Source: an uncultured bacterium
GTDB taxonomy: Bacteria; Bacillota; Clostridia; Oscillospirales; CAG-272
Reading direction: 5' to 3'
Assembly (NCBI GenBank): GCA_949282345.1
Contig: CASDOQ010000053.1
Coordinates: 37,720-101,719 of the forward strand
Length of the DNA: 64,000 bases
Below are positions 8,603 to 18,401 of the stretch, piece by piece. The notes beneath the pieces are model-generated. The model was not told the origin of the DNA, made no database searches, and worked only from the letters and a program-made list of their open reading frames with translations. Both the position numbers and the translations under genes were made by a program. How positions within the stretch are numbered: position 1 is the first letter of the stretch; the number at the start of each line of letters is the position of its first letter.

Positions 8603-9474
8603 TGCCGTCCGAGGTGATCCAGTGGTTCCCGGGGCATATGGCCAAGACCCGTCGCCTGATCGCCGAATGTCTGCCGCAGGTCGACATTGTGCTGGAAGTG
8701 CTGGACGCGCGTATCCCGAAAAGTTCCGCAAATCCAGAGCTTTCGAGGCTTATCGGTGATAAGCCGCTTTTGAAATTACTCAACAAATCCTCTTTGGCCG
8801 ACCCGGCCGTGAGCCGTGCATTCGACGGATATTACCGGCAACGGGGCATCCTTTGTCTGGAAACAGACTGTCTGACCGGGGCGGGCATCCGCGAGATCCC
8901 GCGCACCGTGCAGAAGATCCTTTCTGAAAAACTTGCCCGCTATGCCGAGCGCGGAATGCAGGGACGGCATCTGCGCGCCATGATCGTGGGGATCCCCAAC
9001 GTCGGAAAGTCCTCGCTCATTAACCGGCTGGCCGGCGGAAAGAAAGCCAAGGTCGAAAACCGCCCCGGGGTCACGCTTGACAAGCAATGGGTCCCGGCCG
9101 GCGAGGGGCTTGACCTTTTGGATATGCCGGGCGTTCTTTGGCCGAAGTTCGATAACAGAACGACCGGCCTCCATCTGGCCCTGACCGGCGCCATCAAAGA
9201 CTCTATCCTCGACCTGGAAGAGATCGCCTGCTCGCTCTTGGGGATCCTCGCCGCACGATACCCCGACCGGCTCTCCGCACGCTACCGCGTAACGCCGGAG
9301 GAGGTCTCCTCGCTCACCCCCTACGACCTTTTTCTGACCGTCGGGAAGCGGCGCGGCTTCGTGATTTCGGGCGGAGAAACCGATACCGAACGGACCTGCC
9401 GGATGCTGCTGGACGAATTTCGGCGCGGGGTTCTCGGCGGGATCTCTCTGGAATTTCCAAAGGAGACCGAATAA
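8602..9474 (+). CDS. rbgA: Ribosome biogenesis GTPase A (YlqF/RbgA)
   Basis: [18 protein letters not shown]. The G motifs are circularly permuted ([29 protein letters not shown]). The start shares 1 nt with the lepB stop. Confidence 0.9.
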   Translation: MPSEVIQWFPGHMAKTRRLIAECLPQVDIVLEVLDARIPKSSANPELSRLIGDKPLLKLLNKSSLADPAVSRAFDGYYRQRGILCLETDCLTGAGIREIPRTVQKILSEKLARYAERGMQGRHLRAMIVGIPNVGKSSLINRLAGGKKAKVENRPGVTLDKQWVPAGEGLDLLDMPGVLWPKFDNRTTGLHLALTGAIKDSILDLEEIACSLLGILAARYPDRLSARYRVTPEEVSSLTPYDLFLTVGKRRGFVISGGETDTERTCRMLLDEFRRGVLGGISLEFPKETE

Positions 9475-10082
9475 TGCCGGGGTATGAATATGAAAACGAA
9501 TTCTGCACGCGCGGTTATACCGCCGTCTGCGGCGTAGACGAGGCGGGGCGCGGTCCTCTCTGCGGGCCGGTCGTTGCCGCGGCGGTCATCCTCCCTCCGG
9601 GACTTTACCTCGAAGGTCTGAACGACTCGAAAAAACTCTCGGAAAAGAAGCGGGAAGCCCTCTTCCCCGTGATACAGAAGGAAGCGATCGCTTTTGCCGT
9701 GGCCTCTGCAAGCCCCGCCGAGATCGACGAACTGAATATTCTCAATGCAACCATGCTGGCAATGCGTCGCGCCATTTCCGCGCTTTCCCCGGCGGCGGAT
9801 TTTGCTTTGATAGACGGGAATACCGTCCGCAATCTCCCGGTTCCCGCCGCCGCAATCGTCAAGGGAGATTCTCTTTCCTGCTCGATCGCCGCCGCCAGCA
9901 TTCTGGCCAAGGTAACGCGGGACAGGCTCTGCCTGGAACTCGACGCCGCTTTTCCGCAATACAAAATTGCCACCCATAAAGGCTACCCGACCGCAGAACA
10001 CCGGGAACTGGTGCGAAAATTCGGCCCCTGCGAAATATACCGGCAGAGCTTTCTCAAATTCCTGCAAAGCGGCGAAAAATGA
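9474..10082 (+). CDS. rnhB: Ribonuclease HII
   Basis: Contains [21 protein letters not shown] and [11 protein letters not shown]. 202 aa. TAATG junction with rbgA. Confidence 0.9.
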   Translation: MPGYEYENEFCTRGYTAVCGVDEAGRGPLCGPVVAAAVILPPGLYLEGLNDSKKLSEKKREALFPVIQKEAIAFAVASASPAEIDELNILNATMLAMRRAISALSPAADFALIDGNTVRNLPVPAAAIVKGDSLSCSIAAASILAKVTRDRLCLELDAAFPQYKIATHKGYPTAEHRELVRKFGPCEIYRQSFLKFLQSGEK

Positions 10083-10498
10083 AAAGAAGATCCTCGCAAG
10101 GCAGGATAACGCTCGCAAAGGCGACCGGAGATCTCGGAGAAAGGGCGGCTGCGCGCCATCTCTTCTTCCACGGATATCGGATCTTAGAGCGAAACTGGTC
10201 CTATTACAATAAAGAAGTCGATATTATTGCGCGGCGCTTCGGGAAATTGGTTTTCTGTGAAGTGAAGACGCGTACCGTCCCGCAAAACGCAAAGGGGCTG
10301 CTTTACGCCCCTGCAGACGCCGTCAATGCCAGAAAGCGCCGCAATCTTTCGGTCGCCGCTCGCGCCTATCGGAATCTCAGTGGTATTTTCCTGCCTCTGC
10401 GCATGGATATCATCGAAGTTTATCTCACCATAGACGAATCGAGCGGGAAAAGAAAGATCCTTCGCCTCAACCATATCAAAAACGCCTTCTCTCCATAA
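10079..10498 (+). CDS. YraN-family (UPF0102) endonuclease-like protein
   Basis: Contains [27 protein letters not shown] and [13 protein letters not shown] overlap with rnhB. Confidence 0.8.
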   Translation: MKRRSSQGRITLAKATGDLGERAAARHLFFHGYRILERNWSYYNKEVDIIARRFGKLVFCEVKTRTVPQNAKGLLYAPADAVNARKRRNLSVAARAYRNLSGIFLPLRMDIIEVYLTIDESSGKRKILRLNHIKNAFSP

Positions 10499-10518
10499 AC
10501 TGATGGAGGAGGACGCTT

Positions 10519-11442
10519 ATGAAATATTTTGATCTGCACGCCGACACCCCCTCGAAACTCTATTACCACGATCTGCCCTTTACCTCTTCGGAGCTCGATA
10601 TTTCCGCAGAGGATCTGAAAGGATTTTCCCATATCACGCAGGTCTTTGCCTGCTTTTGCAACGAAACAAAAAGCGATGAAGAAGCATACCGCGACTTTTT
10701 CCGTATGCGGGAGAAACTGTTTGCGGAGATCTCCCCCTACCTGAACGATCGTTTTTCCTTTCTCCTTTCCGTGGAGGATGCCCGGCTCCTTGCGGGAGAC
10801 ATCCGCCGTCTCTCCGCACTGCGCGATGCAGGCGTTTCGATCCTTACGCCGGTATGGTGCGGAGAGAGCTGTATCGGCGGGGCGTACGATACCGATACCG
10901 GCCTCACGGATTTCGGCCACCAGGTCCTTCGCGAATGCTTACGCCTCGGGATCGTTCCCGACGTATCCCACGCGTCGGACAAAACCTTTTACGACGTTGC
11001 AAAGATCTGCTCCGACGCCGGGTCTCGCTTTATTGCTACACATTCCGACGCACGCGCCGTGTGCCCGCATCCGCGCAACCTGACCGACGAACAATTCACG
11101 ATCGTCCGTGATTCCGCCGGTATCGTGGGGCTTTGCCTGTGTCCGGCACATCTGACCGATTCCCCCGTCGCGGAGGAAAAACATATTCTTTGGCACCTTG
11201 AGCATTATCTTGCGCTCGGCGGCGAGCATACGGTCTGCCTCGGCACCGATTTTGACGGAATCTCTTCCCATCCGGCAGGACTTTCGCGCCTTACGGATAT
11301 GGCGCATCTCGTTTCCACACTTCAAAAAGCCGGATATTCCGATACGCTGATAGACCATCTCTTTTATAAAAACGCAGAAAACTTTTTTCAACATTTTCAA
11401 AAGGCAGGAAATCGAAATGAATTACAGAAGCACGAGAAGTAA
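10519..11442 (+). CDS. Membrane-dipeptidase family (peptidase M19) protein
   Basis: Contains FDLHADTP, PDVSHAS, ATHSDARAVCPHPRNLTDEQ and GTDFDG zinc-ligand blocks. Confidence 0.8.
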   Translation: MKYFDLHADTPSKLYYHDLPFTSSELDISAEDLKGFSHITQVFACFCNETKSDEEAYRDFFRMREKLFAEISPYLNDRFSFLLSVEDARLLAGDIRRLSALRDAGVSILTPVWCGESCIGGAYDTDTGLTDFGHQVLRECLRLGIVPDVSHASDKTFYDVAKICSDAGSRFIATHSDARAVCPHPRNLTDEQFTIVRDSAGIVGLCLCPAHLTDSPVAEEKHILWHLEHYLALGGEHTVCLGTDFDGISSHPAGLSRLTDMAHLVSTLQKAGYSDTLIDHLFYKNAENFFQHFQKAGNRNELQKHEK

Positions 11443-12898
11443 AAACACCCCCGCCGTCAGTGCCGCCGTGGCGATCAAAAACGGTCTGGCGCCGGACGGA
11501 GGACTGTATATGCCGGAGGAGATTCCCTTGCTCGCCGAGGCGGATATACGCGCCCTTGCCGGAATGAATTATCCCGAGCGCGCCGCGAAGATCCTCTCGC
11601 TTTATCTTTCGGATTATACGGAGGAAGAATTGCTCAACGATTGTAGGATCGCATACGCCGATGACCGTTTTCCGGGCGGCGCGGTTCCCCTTACACAGAT
11701 AAACAGCCGGATCTCTTCGCTGGAGCTCTGGCACGGACCGACCTGCGCTTTCAAGGATATGGCCCTGCAAATCATGCCCCGCCTGCTTTCCCGCGCATTG
11801 GAAAAGACGGGCGAAAAAAGGACGGCTCTCATCCTTGTTGCCACCTCCGGCGATACCGGAAAGGCGGCTCTGGAAGGCTACCGCGACGTTCCCCATGTGA
11901 AGATCCTCGTCTTCTTTCCGACCGATGGCGTCAGCCGTATTCAGAAACTGCAGATGACCACGCAGGAAGGGAATAACGTCGGCGTGTGCGGAATTTTCGG
12001 GAATTTTGACGACGCACAGAACGGGGTGAAAAAGATCTTCTCCGATCCTGCCATGGCCGCGGAACTTGACCGCCTTGGCTACTTCCTCTCCAGCGCCAAC
12101 TCTATTAACTGGGGACGGCTCGCCCCACAGATCGCTTACTATGTATCGGCCTATTGCGATATGCTGAACGCCGGTCGCATCAGCCTGGGGGACAAGCTCG
12201 ACGTGGTAGTCCCCACCGGGAACTTCGGAAATATTTTTGCCGCGTATCTTGCCAAACGCATGGGAGTCCCGCTTGGGAAACTGGTATGCGCCTCCAACCG
12301 GAATAACGTCCTGACCGAATTTTTACAGACGGGAAAGTACGACCGCCTGCGCGACTTCCACATGACGACCTCGCCCTCCATGGACATTCTCATTTCCAGC
12401 AATCTCGAACGCCTCCTTTCGGTCGTTTGCGGAACCGAAAAGACGGCCGCTTATATGGATTCTCTTTCAAAAACAGGAACTTATACCGTGGCAGAAGAAG
12501 ATCTGGCAAAGATCCAGCATGACTTCGTCGGATACTGCTGCAACGAGGAGGAAACGGCGTTTTATCTGCACGAAGCCTTCCGGGATCACAGGTATTTGAT
12601 GGACACGCATACCGCCGTGGCCTACGGAAGTGCCCGGAAGTATCTTGCCGATACAAAGAGCGATACCGCGCTGTTCATTGTCTCAACAGCCAGCCCCTAC
12701 AAATTCGCCCCGGCCGTCCTTACCGACATCACCGGGAAGGAGACCGCAACCGCCGACCCGCTCGCCGCTCTTTCCTCCCTTACGGGAACAAAGGTTCCCG
12801 CGCCGCTTGCGGAACTCGAAGCAAAAGCCGTCCGCTTCCCCGGATCGGTCGCTCCGACCGATATGCCCGCGCGGGTGCTTTCCTTCGCCAAAGAGTGA
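11417..12898 (+). CDS. thrC: Threonine synthase (long form)
   Basis: Contains MNYRSTRS...IKNGLAPDGGLYMPEE and the FKDMALQ PLP-lysine block. 493 aa. Overlaps the upstream gene by 26 nt. Confidence 0.9.
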   Translation: MNYRSTRSKNTPAVSAAVAIKNGLAPDGGLYMPEEIPLLAEADIRALAGMNYPERAAKILSLYLSDYTEEELLNDCRIAYADDRFPGGAVPLTQINSRISSLELWHGPTCAFKDMALQIMPRLLSRALEKTGEKRTALILVATSGDTGKAALEGYRDVPHVKILVFFPTDGVSRIQKLQMTTQEGNNVGVCGIFGNFDDAQNGVKKIFSDPAMAAELDRLGYFLSSANSINWGRLAPQIAYYVSAYCDMLNAGRISLGDKLDVVVPTGNFGNIFAAYLAKRMGVPLGKLVCASNRNNVLTEFLQTGKYDRLRDFHMTTSPSMDILISSNLERLLSVVCGTEKTAAYMDSLSKTGTYTVAEEDLAKIQHDFVGYCCNEEETAFYLHEAFRDHRYLMDTHTAVAYGSARKYLADTKSDTALFIVSTASPYKFAPAVLTDITGKETATADPLAALSSLTGTKVPAPLAELEAKAVRFPGSVAPTDMPARVLSFAKE

Positions 12899-13003
12899 TC
12901 TGCACAGCGGGATATCTCTTCGCGGAAAGCGTCCCGGGAATCCCGTCGGCGGCAACCGTACATCACGAAAAAGTGCGATCCGGTCGGACGGCTGACCGCA
13001 AGG

Positions 13004-13028
13004 AAAAAGAGGCGGGTTTCCCCGCCTC
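13004..13028 (-). terminator. Rho-independent terminator of DUF1540 gene (may also stop thrC)
   Basis: GAGGCGGG-TTTC-CCCGCCTC (8-bp stem). On the minus strand it is followed by TTTTTCC. Confidence 0.65.
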
Positions 13029-13048
13029 CGCAGAGTTTTACGCATGTC

Positions 13049-13234
13049 TTACCCGAAAGTCTCGTCCTTCGGCTTGAAAGTCGCGCAGATCGTTTCGGCA
13101 CTGCAACAGGCATTGTGAGGGCCGACCGAAATCTCATCGGCCTGGCAACAGTTATTCTGCCCGTGGTGGATGCAGTTGCAAGCGTCACAGCAAACGCCCT
13201 TCAGGTGCTTTCCTTTGTTTTCCGTTTCTTTCAT
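13049..13234 (-). CDS. DUF1540-type small cysteine-rich protein
   Basis: 61 aa. GVCCDACNCIHHGQNNCCQADEISVGPHNACCSAETICATF matches the DUF1540 Cys pattern as I recall it. AAAGGAG RBS. Confidence 0.7.
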   Translation of the reverse strand: MKETENKGKHLKGVCCDACNCIHHGQNNCCQADEISVGPHNACCSAETICATFKPKDETFG

Positions 13235-13262
13235 TTTTCCATCTCCTTTCGTAGGCTTCTCT

Positions 13263-13293
13263 TATTTTCCCCCAACCTTTTATGCTTTATTCA
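13263..13293 (-). promoter_or_regulatory. Forespore-type (SigF/SigG-like) promoter candidate
   Basis: The minus strand reads TGAATA-15 nt-GGGGAAAATA. This fits the remembered SigF pattern G(C/T)ATA-15-GGnnAnAHTR. It lies ~28 nt upstream of the DUF1540 ATG. Confidence 0.3.
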
Positions 13294-13306
13294 GAAGGCG
13301 GATGAC

Positions 13307-14032
13307 ATGTCTACCTATGTAATTTCCGATTTGCACCTCTCCATGGCCGACGGCTGCAATAAGTCCATGGAGGTTTTCGGCCGGCGATGGGCCGGCTATA
13401 CCGAAAAACTCCGGAGGAATTGGTGCGCCCTTGTGGAACCGGAGGACACGGTCGTAATTCCCGGTGATATCTCATGGTCGATCTCACTTGAAGGAGCGGA
13501 AGCCGATCTCCGCTTTCTCGACGCCTTGCCGGGGCGGAAGATCCTCGGAAAAGGAAATCACGACTACTGGTGGTCGACGCTTTCCAAAATGCAGGGTTTT
13601 CTGGATGAAAAACAATTCAAAACAATTTCTTTCCTCCATAACAATGTATGCGAAACCGAAGATTTTCTGCTGACAGGGACGCGGGGCTGGATGCTGGAGG
13701 GCGAGCCAGACGCGCACGCGGAGGGAGATTATGAGAAAATGATCGCGCGGGAAACGATTCGCCTGCGCCTCGGGCTTGCGGCGGCCGCCGGGCTTCCCTC
13801 CGCCGGAAACAAAGAACTTCTGGCGTTCTTCCACTATCCGCCTGCGTTCGGCGGACGCGAAATTCCTCCCTTCCTCGACGCGTTGGAAGAATACGGAGTG
13901 AAACGCGTTTACTACGGCCATCTGCACGGCAATTATACCGTCCGTCCATATTTTACGGCCCGCGGGATCGATTTTATCCTGATCTCCGCAGACTATCTTG
14001 ACTTCATCCCCCGCATCATTGTGCCGAATTAA
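13307..14032 (+). CDS. Calcineurin-like metallophosphoesterase
   Basis: Contains YVISDLHLS, GDISW, GNHDYWW and YGHLHG motifs. Start at ATG 13307; the upstream ORF-track part is antisense to the DUF1540 gene. Confidence 0.75.
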   Translation: MSTYVISDLHLSMADGCNKSMEVFGRRWAGYTEKLRRNWCALVEPEDTVVIPGDISWSISLEGAEADLRFLDALPGRKILGKGNHDYWWSTLSKMQGFLDEKQFKTISFLHNNVCETEDFLLTGTRGWMLEGEPDAHAEGDYEKMIARETIRLRLGLAAAAGLPSAGNKELLAFFHYPPAFGGREIPPFLDALEEYGVKRVYYGHLHGNYTVRPYFTARGIDFILISADYLDFIPRIIVPN

Positions 14033-14064
14033 GGCGAAAACCCTGTTTTTCTCCTAAAATAGGC

Positions 14065-14093
14065 TTGACAACCGCCATAGAATGCGGTAAAAT
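14065..14093 (+). promoter_or_regulatory. SigA-type promoter for tig-clpP(-clpX)
   Basis: TTGACA-17 nt-TAAAAT, 55 nt upstream of the tig ATG. Confidence 0.6.
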
Positions 14094-14147
14094 GATACGG
14101 ACTGATATATAGATATTAATTATTATTTACTTTTCGGAGGAAATAGC

Positions 14148-15659
14148 ATGAGTCTCATCAACAAAGAGTTGACAGACAAGAATCTCTACACTTTGGAGAT
14201 CGGGGTGGACAAGGATACCTTTGAAGCCGCTGTCAACCGCGCCTACAAAAAGAATGTCGGGAAGATCAACGTCCCCGGCTTCCGTAAAGGCAAAGCCCCC
14301 CGCGTGGTGATCGAAAAAATGTACGGAAAGGGCGTATTTTACGAAGATGCCATCAACGACTGCATCCCCGGTGCTTTTGAGCCCGCCGTGAAAGAGGCCG
14401 GCCTCGATATTGTCGGCCGCCCGGATTTTGATGTGAAATCGGTTGATGAGAACGGACTGGTTCTGACTGTGAAGGTCTACGTAAAGCCCGAAGTCAAAAT
14501 TGCCGATTACCTCGGCGTAGAAGCCGTCCGTGACGAAAAAGCCGTGAACGATGCCGATGTGGAAGCCGAGATCCAGCGCGATTTGGAGCGCAACGCCCGC
14601 ACCGTTGACGTGACCGACCGCCCCGCCGAAATGGGCGACACTGTCGTGATCGACTTCGACGGCAGCGTGGACGGCGTCCATTTTGACGGCGGAAAGGCCG
14701 AAGGACACGAACTGAAGCTCGGCAGCGGCCAGTTCATCCCGGGATTTGAAGAGCAGATCGTTGGAAAATCGATCGGGGATTCCTTTGATGTGAACGTCAC
14801 CTTCCCCGAGACCTATCACGAAAAGACGCTTGCCGGGAAAGCCGCCGTCTTCGCCGTGAAACTGCACGCCATCAAGAAGCAGGAACTCCCTGCTCTGGAT
14901 GATGAATTTGCAAAAGATGTTTCCGAATTCGATACGCTGGATGCATATCGGGCCGACAAAAAGGCTAAAATGGAAGAAAGAAACAAAAACGCCGCCGACA
15001 GCCAGTTTGAAGAGAATGTCATGCTCGCCGTCATCGGGAAGATGGAAGCCGATATTCCCGAATGTATGTTCGAGGCAGAGACCGAAAACTTCCTGCGTGA
15101 TTATGACAACCGTCTGCGGATGCAGGGACTTGACCTCAACACCTACTTCAAGTATACCGGCATGAACCTTGACTCGATGCGTGCCCAGCTCCGCCCGCAG
15201 GCCGAGCAGCAGGTGAAGCTCCGTCTCGCGCTTGAAAAGATCGCCGAACTTGAAGATGTCAAAGTCACGGAGGAAGAGATCGCCGCCGAATATAAGCGGA
15301 TGGCTGAGGCATATAATATGCCTGAAGAAGAGGTCCGCAAGATCGCCGAAGAAGACGGCGTGCGCAACGATCTGCGCGTGAAGGCCGCGGCTGAACTCGT
15401 CAAGAAGAACGCCGTTGCTACCGCTCCCGCTCCCGTTAAGAAAGTGACTCCCAAGAAAGCCCTTGCCAAGAAGGCCACCGACGCCGCCGAAGGGGAAAAG
15501 GCTCCTGCCAAAAAGCCCGCCGCAAAGAAGACCGCCGCAAAGAAGACCGCCGCGAAAGCCGAAGGAGAAGCCGAACAGAACGTCGAGAAGCCCGTCAAGA
15601 AAACCGCAGCCAAGAAGACTGCCACCAAGAAGACTGCCACCAAGAAGACCGAAGAATAA
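14148..15659 (+). CDS. tig: Trigger factor with C-terminal Lys/Ala-rich extension
   Basis: Contains the GFRKGKAP ribosome-binding signature, an FKBP-type middle domain (GSGQFIPGFEEQIVG) and C-terminal arm helices. The last 85 aa are KKTAAKK-type repeats. Confidence 0.9.
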   Translation: MSLINKELTDKNLYTLEIGVDKDTFEAAVNRAYKKNVGKINVPGFRKGKAPRVVIEKMYGKGVFYEDAINDCIPGAFEPAVKEAGLDIVGRPDFDVKSVDENGLVLTVKVYVKPEVKIADYLGVEAVRDEKAVNDADVEAEIQRDLERNARTVDVTDRPAEMGDTVVIDFDGSVDGVHFDGGKAEGHELKLGSGQFIPGFEEQIVGKSIGDSFDVNVTFPETYHEKTLAGKAAVFAVKLHAIKKQELPALDDEFAKDVSEFDTLDAYRADKKAKMEERNKNAADSQFEENVMLAVIGKMEADIPECMFEAETENFLRDYDNRLRMQGLDLNTYFKYTGMNLDSMRAQLRPQAEQQVKLRLALEKIAELEDVKVTEEEIAAEYKRMAEAYNMPEEEVRKIAEEDGVRNDLRVKAAAELVKKNAVATAPAPVKKVTPKKALAKKATDAAEGEKAPAKKPAAKKTAAKKTAAKAEGEAEQNVEKPVKKTAAKKTATKKTATKKTEE

Positions 15660-15683
15660 TCCTACCAAACCGGAGGTATAAAC

Positions 15684-16268
15684 ATGGCACTTGTCCCAAT
15701 GGTCATCCAGGAGACGAACCGGGGGGAACGTTCCTACGACATCTACTCCCGTCTTTTGAATGACAGAATCGTTTTCCTTGCCGATGAAGTCAATGATGTA
15801 ACGGCCTCGCTCGTCGTTGCCCAGATGCTCTACCTGGAGGCGCAGGATCCCGATAAAGACATTTCCTTCTATATCAACAGTCCCGGGGGATCGGTTTCGG
15901 CCGGATTTGCCATTTACGACACGATGAACTTCATCAAGTGCGACGTTTCTACCATCTGTATCGGGATGGCTGCCAGCATGGGCGCATTCCTTCTGGCCGC
16001 CGGTACGAAGGGAAAGCGCCTTGCCCTGCCCAACAGTGAGATCATGATCCATCAGCCGCTCGGCGGCACGCAGGGACAGGCGACCGACATCAAGATCCAT
16101 GCCGACCACATTCTCCGCACCCGTGAAAAGTTGAACCGCATTCTTTCGGAACGGACCGGTCAACCGTTGGACGTGATCGACCGTGATACCGAAAGAGACA
16201 ACTTCATGACGGCGGAGCAGGCAGCCTCCTACGGTCTGATTGACAAGGTGATCACCAACCGTTTATAA
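15684..16268 (+). CDS. clpP: ATP-dependent Clp protease proteolytic subunit
   Basis: Contains [25 protein letters not shown] (Ser) and IMIHQPLGG (His). 194 aa. Confidence 0.95.
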   Translation: MALVPMVIQETNRGERSYDIYSRLLNDRIVFLADEVNDVTASLVVAQMLYLEAQDPDKDISFYINSPGGSVSAGFAIYDTMNFIKCDVSTICIGMAASMGAFLLAAGTKGKRLALPNSEIMIHQPLGGTQGQATDIKIHADHILRTREKLNRILSERTGQPLDVIDRDTERDNFMTAEQAASYGLIDKVITNRL

Positions 16269-16321
16269 AAACAGGAAAGCGTGGGGCCTCCCGCGCTTTC
16301 TTTGCGAAAGGGCGAACAGAT

Positions 16322-17599
16322 ATGCCAAACAACAATCAAAAAAATCTCCGCCAATGCTCCTTCTGCGGCCGAAGAGAAAACCAGGTCATGTTTCTCATCC
16401 CTTCTCAGAGCGGGACCTATATCTGTGATGAATGCGTCCATGCCTGCTCCGAACTGATCGAGGAAAGCCTGGCCCTGCAAAGCCGCGAAAAGGCAAGCGA
16501 AGAACTGACCTTTGAAACTCTCCCGAAACCGCAGGAGATCAAAGAAAAACTTGACGAATACGTCATCGGGCAGGACGCCGCCAAGCGCGTCCTTTCGGTC
16601 GCGGTCTACAACCACTATAAACGCATTCTTTCCCTCGGTAAAAAGAAGGGAAAAGACGCCCCTGCCGACGATCCGGTGGAAATCCAGAAAAGCAACGTTC
16701 TCCTTCTCGGCCCCACCGGGGTCGGAAAAACTTTTCTCGCGCAGACGCTTGCCCGCACGCTGAAAGTCCCCTTTGCCATTGCAGACGCGACCACGTTGAC
16801 AGAAGCCGGCTATGTCGGAGAAGATGTGGAAAACATCCTTCTGCGGCTCATTCAGGCGGCAGACTACGATATCGAGCGGGCAGAGCGCGGCATTATCTAT
16901 ATCGACGAGATCGATAAGATCTCCCGCAAAAGCGAGAACCGATCCATCACGCGCGACGTCTCGGGCGAGGGCGTACAGCAGGCTCTCCTGAAGATTCTCG
17001 AAGGAACGGTCGCAAACGTTCCGCCTCAGGGCGGGCGCAAGCACCCCAATCAGGAATTTATCCAGATCCATACCGAGAACATCCTTTTCATCTGCGGCGG
17101 CGCGTTTGACGGACTTGAATCGATCATAGAACAGCGGCGCGGCAACCAGACCATCGGCTTTGGCGGCGATGTGCTGAAAAAGAGCGAAAAGGTCGGCCGC
17201 GGCGTCTACCGCGATGTGATCTCTCACGATATCGTCAAATACGGCCTGATCCCCGAACTGGTCGGACGGCTTCCGATCATCGTGTCGTTGGAAAATCTGG
17301 ATGAGGATGCGCTTGTGCGCATCATCCGCGACCCCAAAAACTCTCTGTACCGTCAATACAAAAAGCTCTTTTCGATAGACGGCGTGGAACTCGAATTTGA
17401 AGAGGGGGCTTTCCGCGCGATCGCACGGATGGCACTGGAGAAAGAGATCGGGGCGCGCGGCCTTCGTTCGATCCTCGAAGGAATCATGATGGCCCCCATG
17501 TACTCGATCCCCTCGGAAAAGGACGTGGAAAAGGTGATCGTCACCGAGGCCTGCGCGCTCGGGAAAGAGCCGCCTGTTGTGATCCGCAAAAACGCCTGA
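16322..17599 (+). CDS. clpX: ATP-dependent Clp protease ATP-binding subunit ClpX
   Basis: Contains an N-terminal zinc finger (CSFCGR...CDEC), Walker A GPTGVGKT, Walker [11 protein letters not shown] and the IGF loop. Confidence 0.95.
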   Translation: MPNNNQKNLRQCSFCGRRENQVMFLIPSQSGTYICDECVHACSELIEESLALQSREKASEELTFETLPKPQEIKEKLDEYVIGQDAAKRVLSVAVYNHYKRILSLGKKKGKDAPADDPVEIQKSNVLLLGPTGVGKTFLAQTLARTLKVPFAIADATTLTEAGYVGEDVENILLRLIQAADYDIERAERGIIYIDEIDKISRKSENRSITRDVSGEGVQQALLKILEGTVANVPPQGGRKHPNQEFIQIHTENILFICGGAFDGLESIIEQRRGNQTIGFGGDVLKKSEKVGRGVYRDVISHDIVKYGLIPELVGRLPIIVSLENLDEDALVRIIRDPKNSLYRQYKKLFSIDGVELEFEEGAFRAIARMALEKEIGARGLRSILEGIMMAPMYSIPSEKDVEKVIVTEACALGKEPPVVIRKNA

Positions 17600-17650
17600 G
17601 CCACTTCTCTTTCCTTGTGGGCCCCGAAAGAGACTAAAAAAATAAAAACG

Positions 17651-17685
17651 GCCGGTATACTTCTTACGGTATACCGGCTGTTTTC
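17651..17685. terminator. Bidirectional rho-independent terminator (clpX / livF convergent)
   Basis: GCCGGTATAC-N8-GTATACCGGC (10-bp stem), with an A-rich run upstream and TGTTTTC downstream. Confidence 0.75.
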
Positions 17686-17687
17686 AT

Positions 17688-18398
17688 TCAGCCGCCGAGA
17701 TAGGCTTCTTTGATCGAATCATCGGCAAGAAGCTCTGCCCCGGTGCCGGTCTTGGTGATCTTCCCGATCTCCAGAACATACGCACGGTCAGAAATCGCCA
17801 AAGCCTTGTTTGCATTCTGTTCTACCAACAAGATGGTCGTCCCCATCTCGTTGACTTTTTTGATCATATCAAAAATCGTATTCACATAAAGCGGTGAGAG
17901 TCCCATACTCGGCTCGTCCAGGAGGAGGAGCTTTGGGTCTGACATCAGCGCGCGGCTCATGGCCAGCATCTGCTGTTCCCCGCCCGAAAGCGTTCCGGCG
18001 ATCTGATTGGCCCGCTCCGAAAGGATCGGAAAATAACTGTACATTTCTTCAAGTTTTTCCTTGAATTTTTCCTTATCCTTTTTGGTGTAATACCCCATCT
18101 GCAGATTATCGAAAACCGTCAGTTCCTGAAAAATACGACGTCCTTCCGGCACATGCGCCATGCCCATTCCGACCAGTTTATGCGCAGGAACCGAGGTAAT
18201 ATCATCCCCGGCAAAACTGACGTGCCCCGAGAGTTTGGGCAAAAGGCAACTGACTGCGTGCATGGTGGTCGTTTTCCCGGCGCCGTTGGCGCCGATAAGG
18301 GAAACCACTTCCCCCTCATTCACTTCAAAGGAGATTCCTTTGATCGCTTTGATCGGTCCGTAAGCGACCTCAAGATCTCTGACTTCCAGTAATGCCAT
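17688..18398 (-). CDS. livF: Branched-chain amino acid ABC transporter ATP-binding protein (LivF type)
   Basis: Contains GANGAGKTT, LSGGEQQMLA and LLLDEPS. 236 aa. Last gene of the H-M-G-F order. Confidence 0.9.
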   Translation of the reverse strand: MALLEVRDLEVAYGPIKAIKGISFEVNEGEVVSLIGANGAGKTTTMHAVSCLLPKLSGHVSFAGDDITSVPAHKLVGMGMAHVPEGRRIFQELTVFDNLQMGYYTKKDKEKFKEKLEEMYSYFPILSERANQIAGTLSGGEQQMLAMSRALMSDPKLLLLDEPSMGLSPLYVNTIFDMIKKVNEMGTTILLVEQNANKALAISDRAYVLEIGKITKTGTGAELLADDSIKEAYLGG

Positions 18399-18401
18399 AT
18401 T

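Noticed and set aside
14127-16163. 678-aa minus-strand ORF covering tig and clpP
   Set aside because: It lies exactly antisense to two unmistakable genes. Its product is low-complexity G/L/V/F-rich sequence with no motif or RBS. This is a typical stop-poor antisense frame in GC-rich coding DNA.
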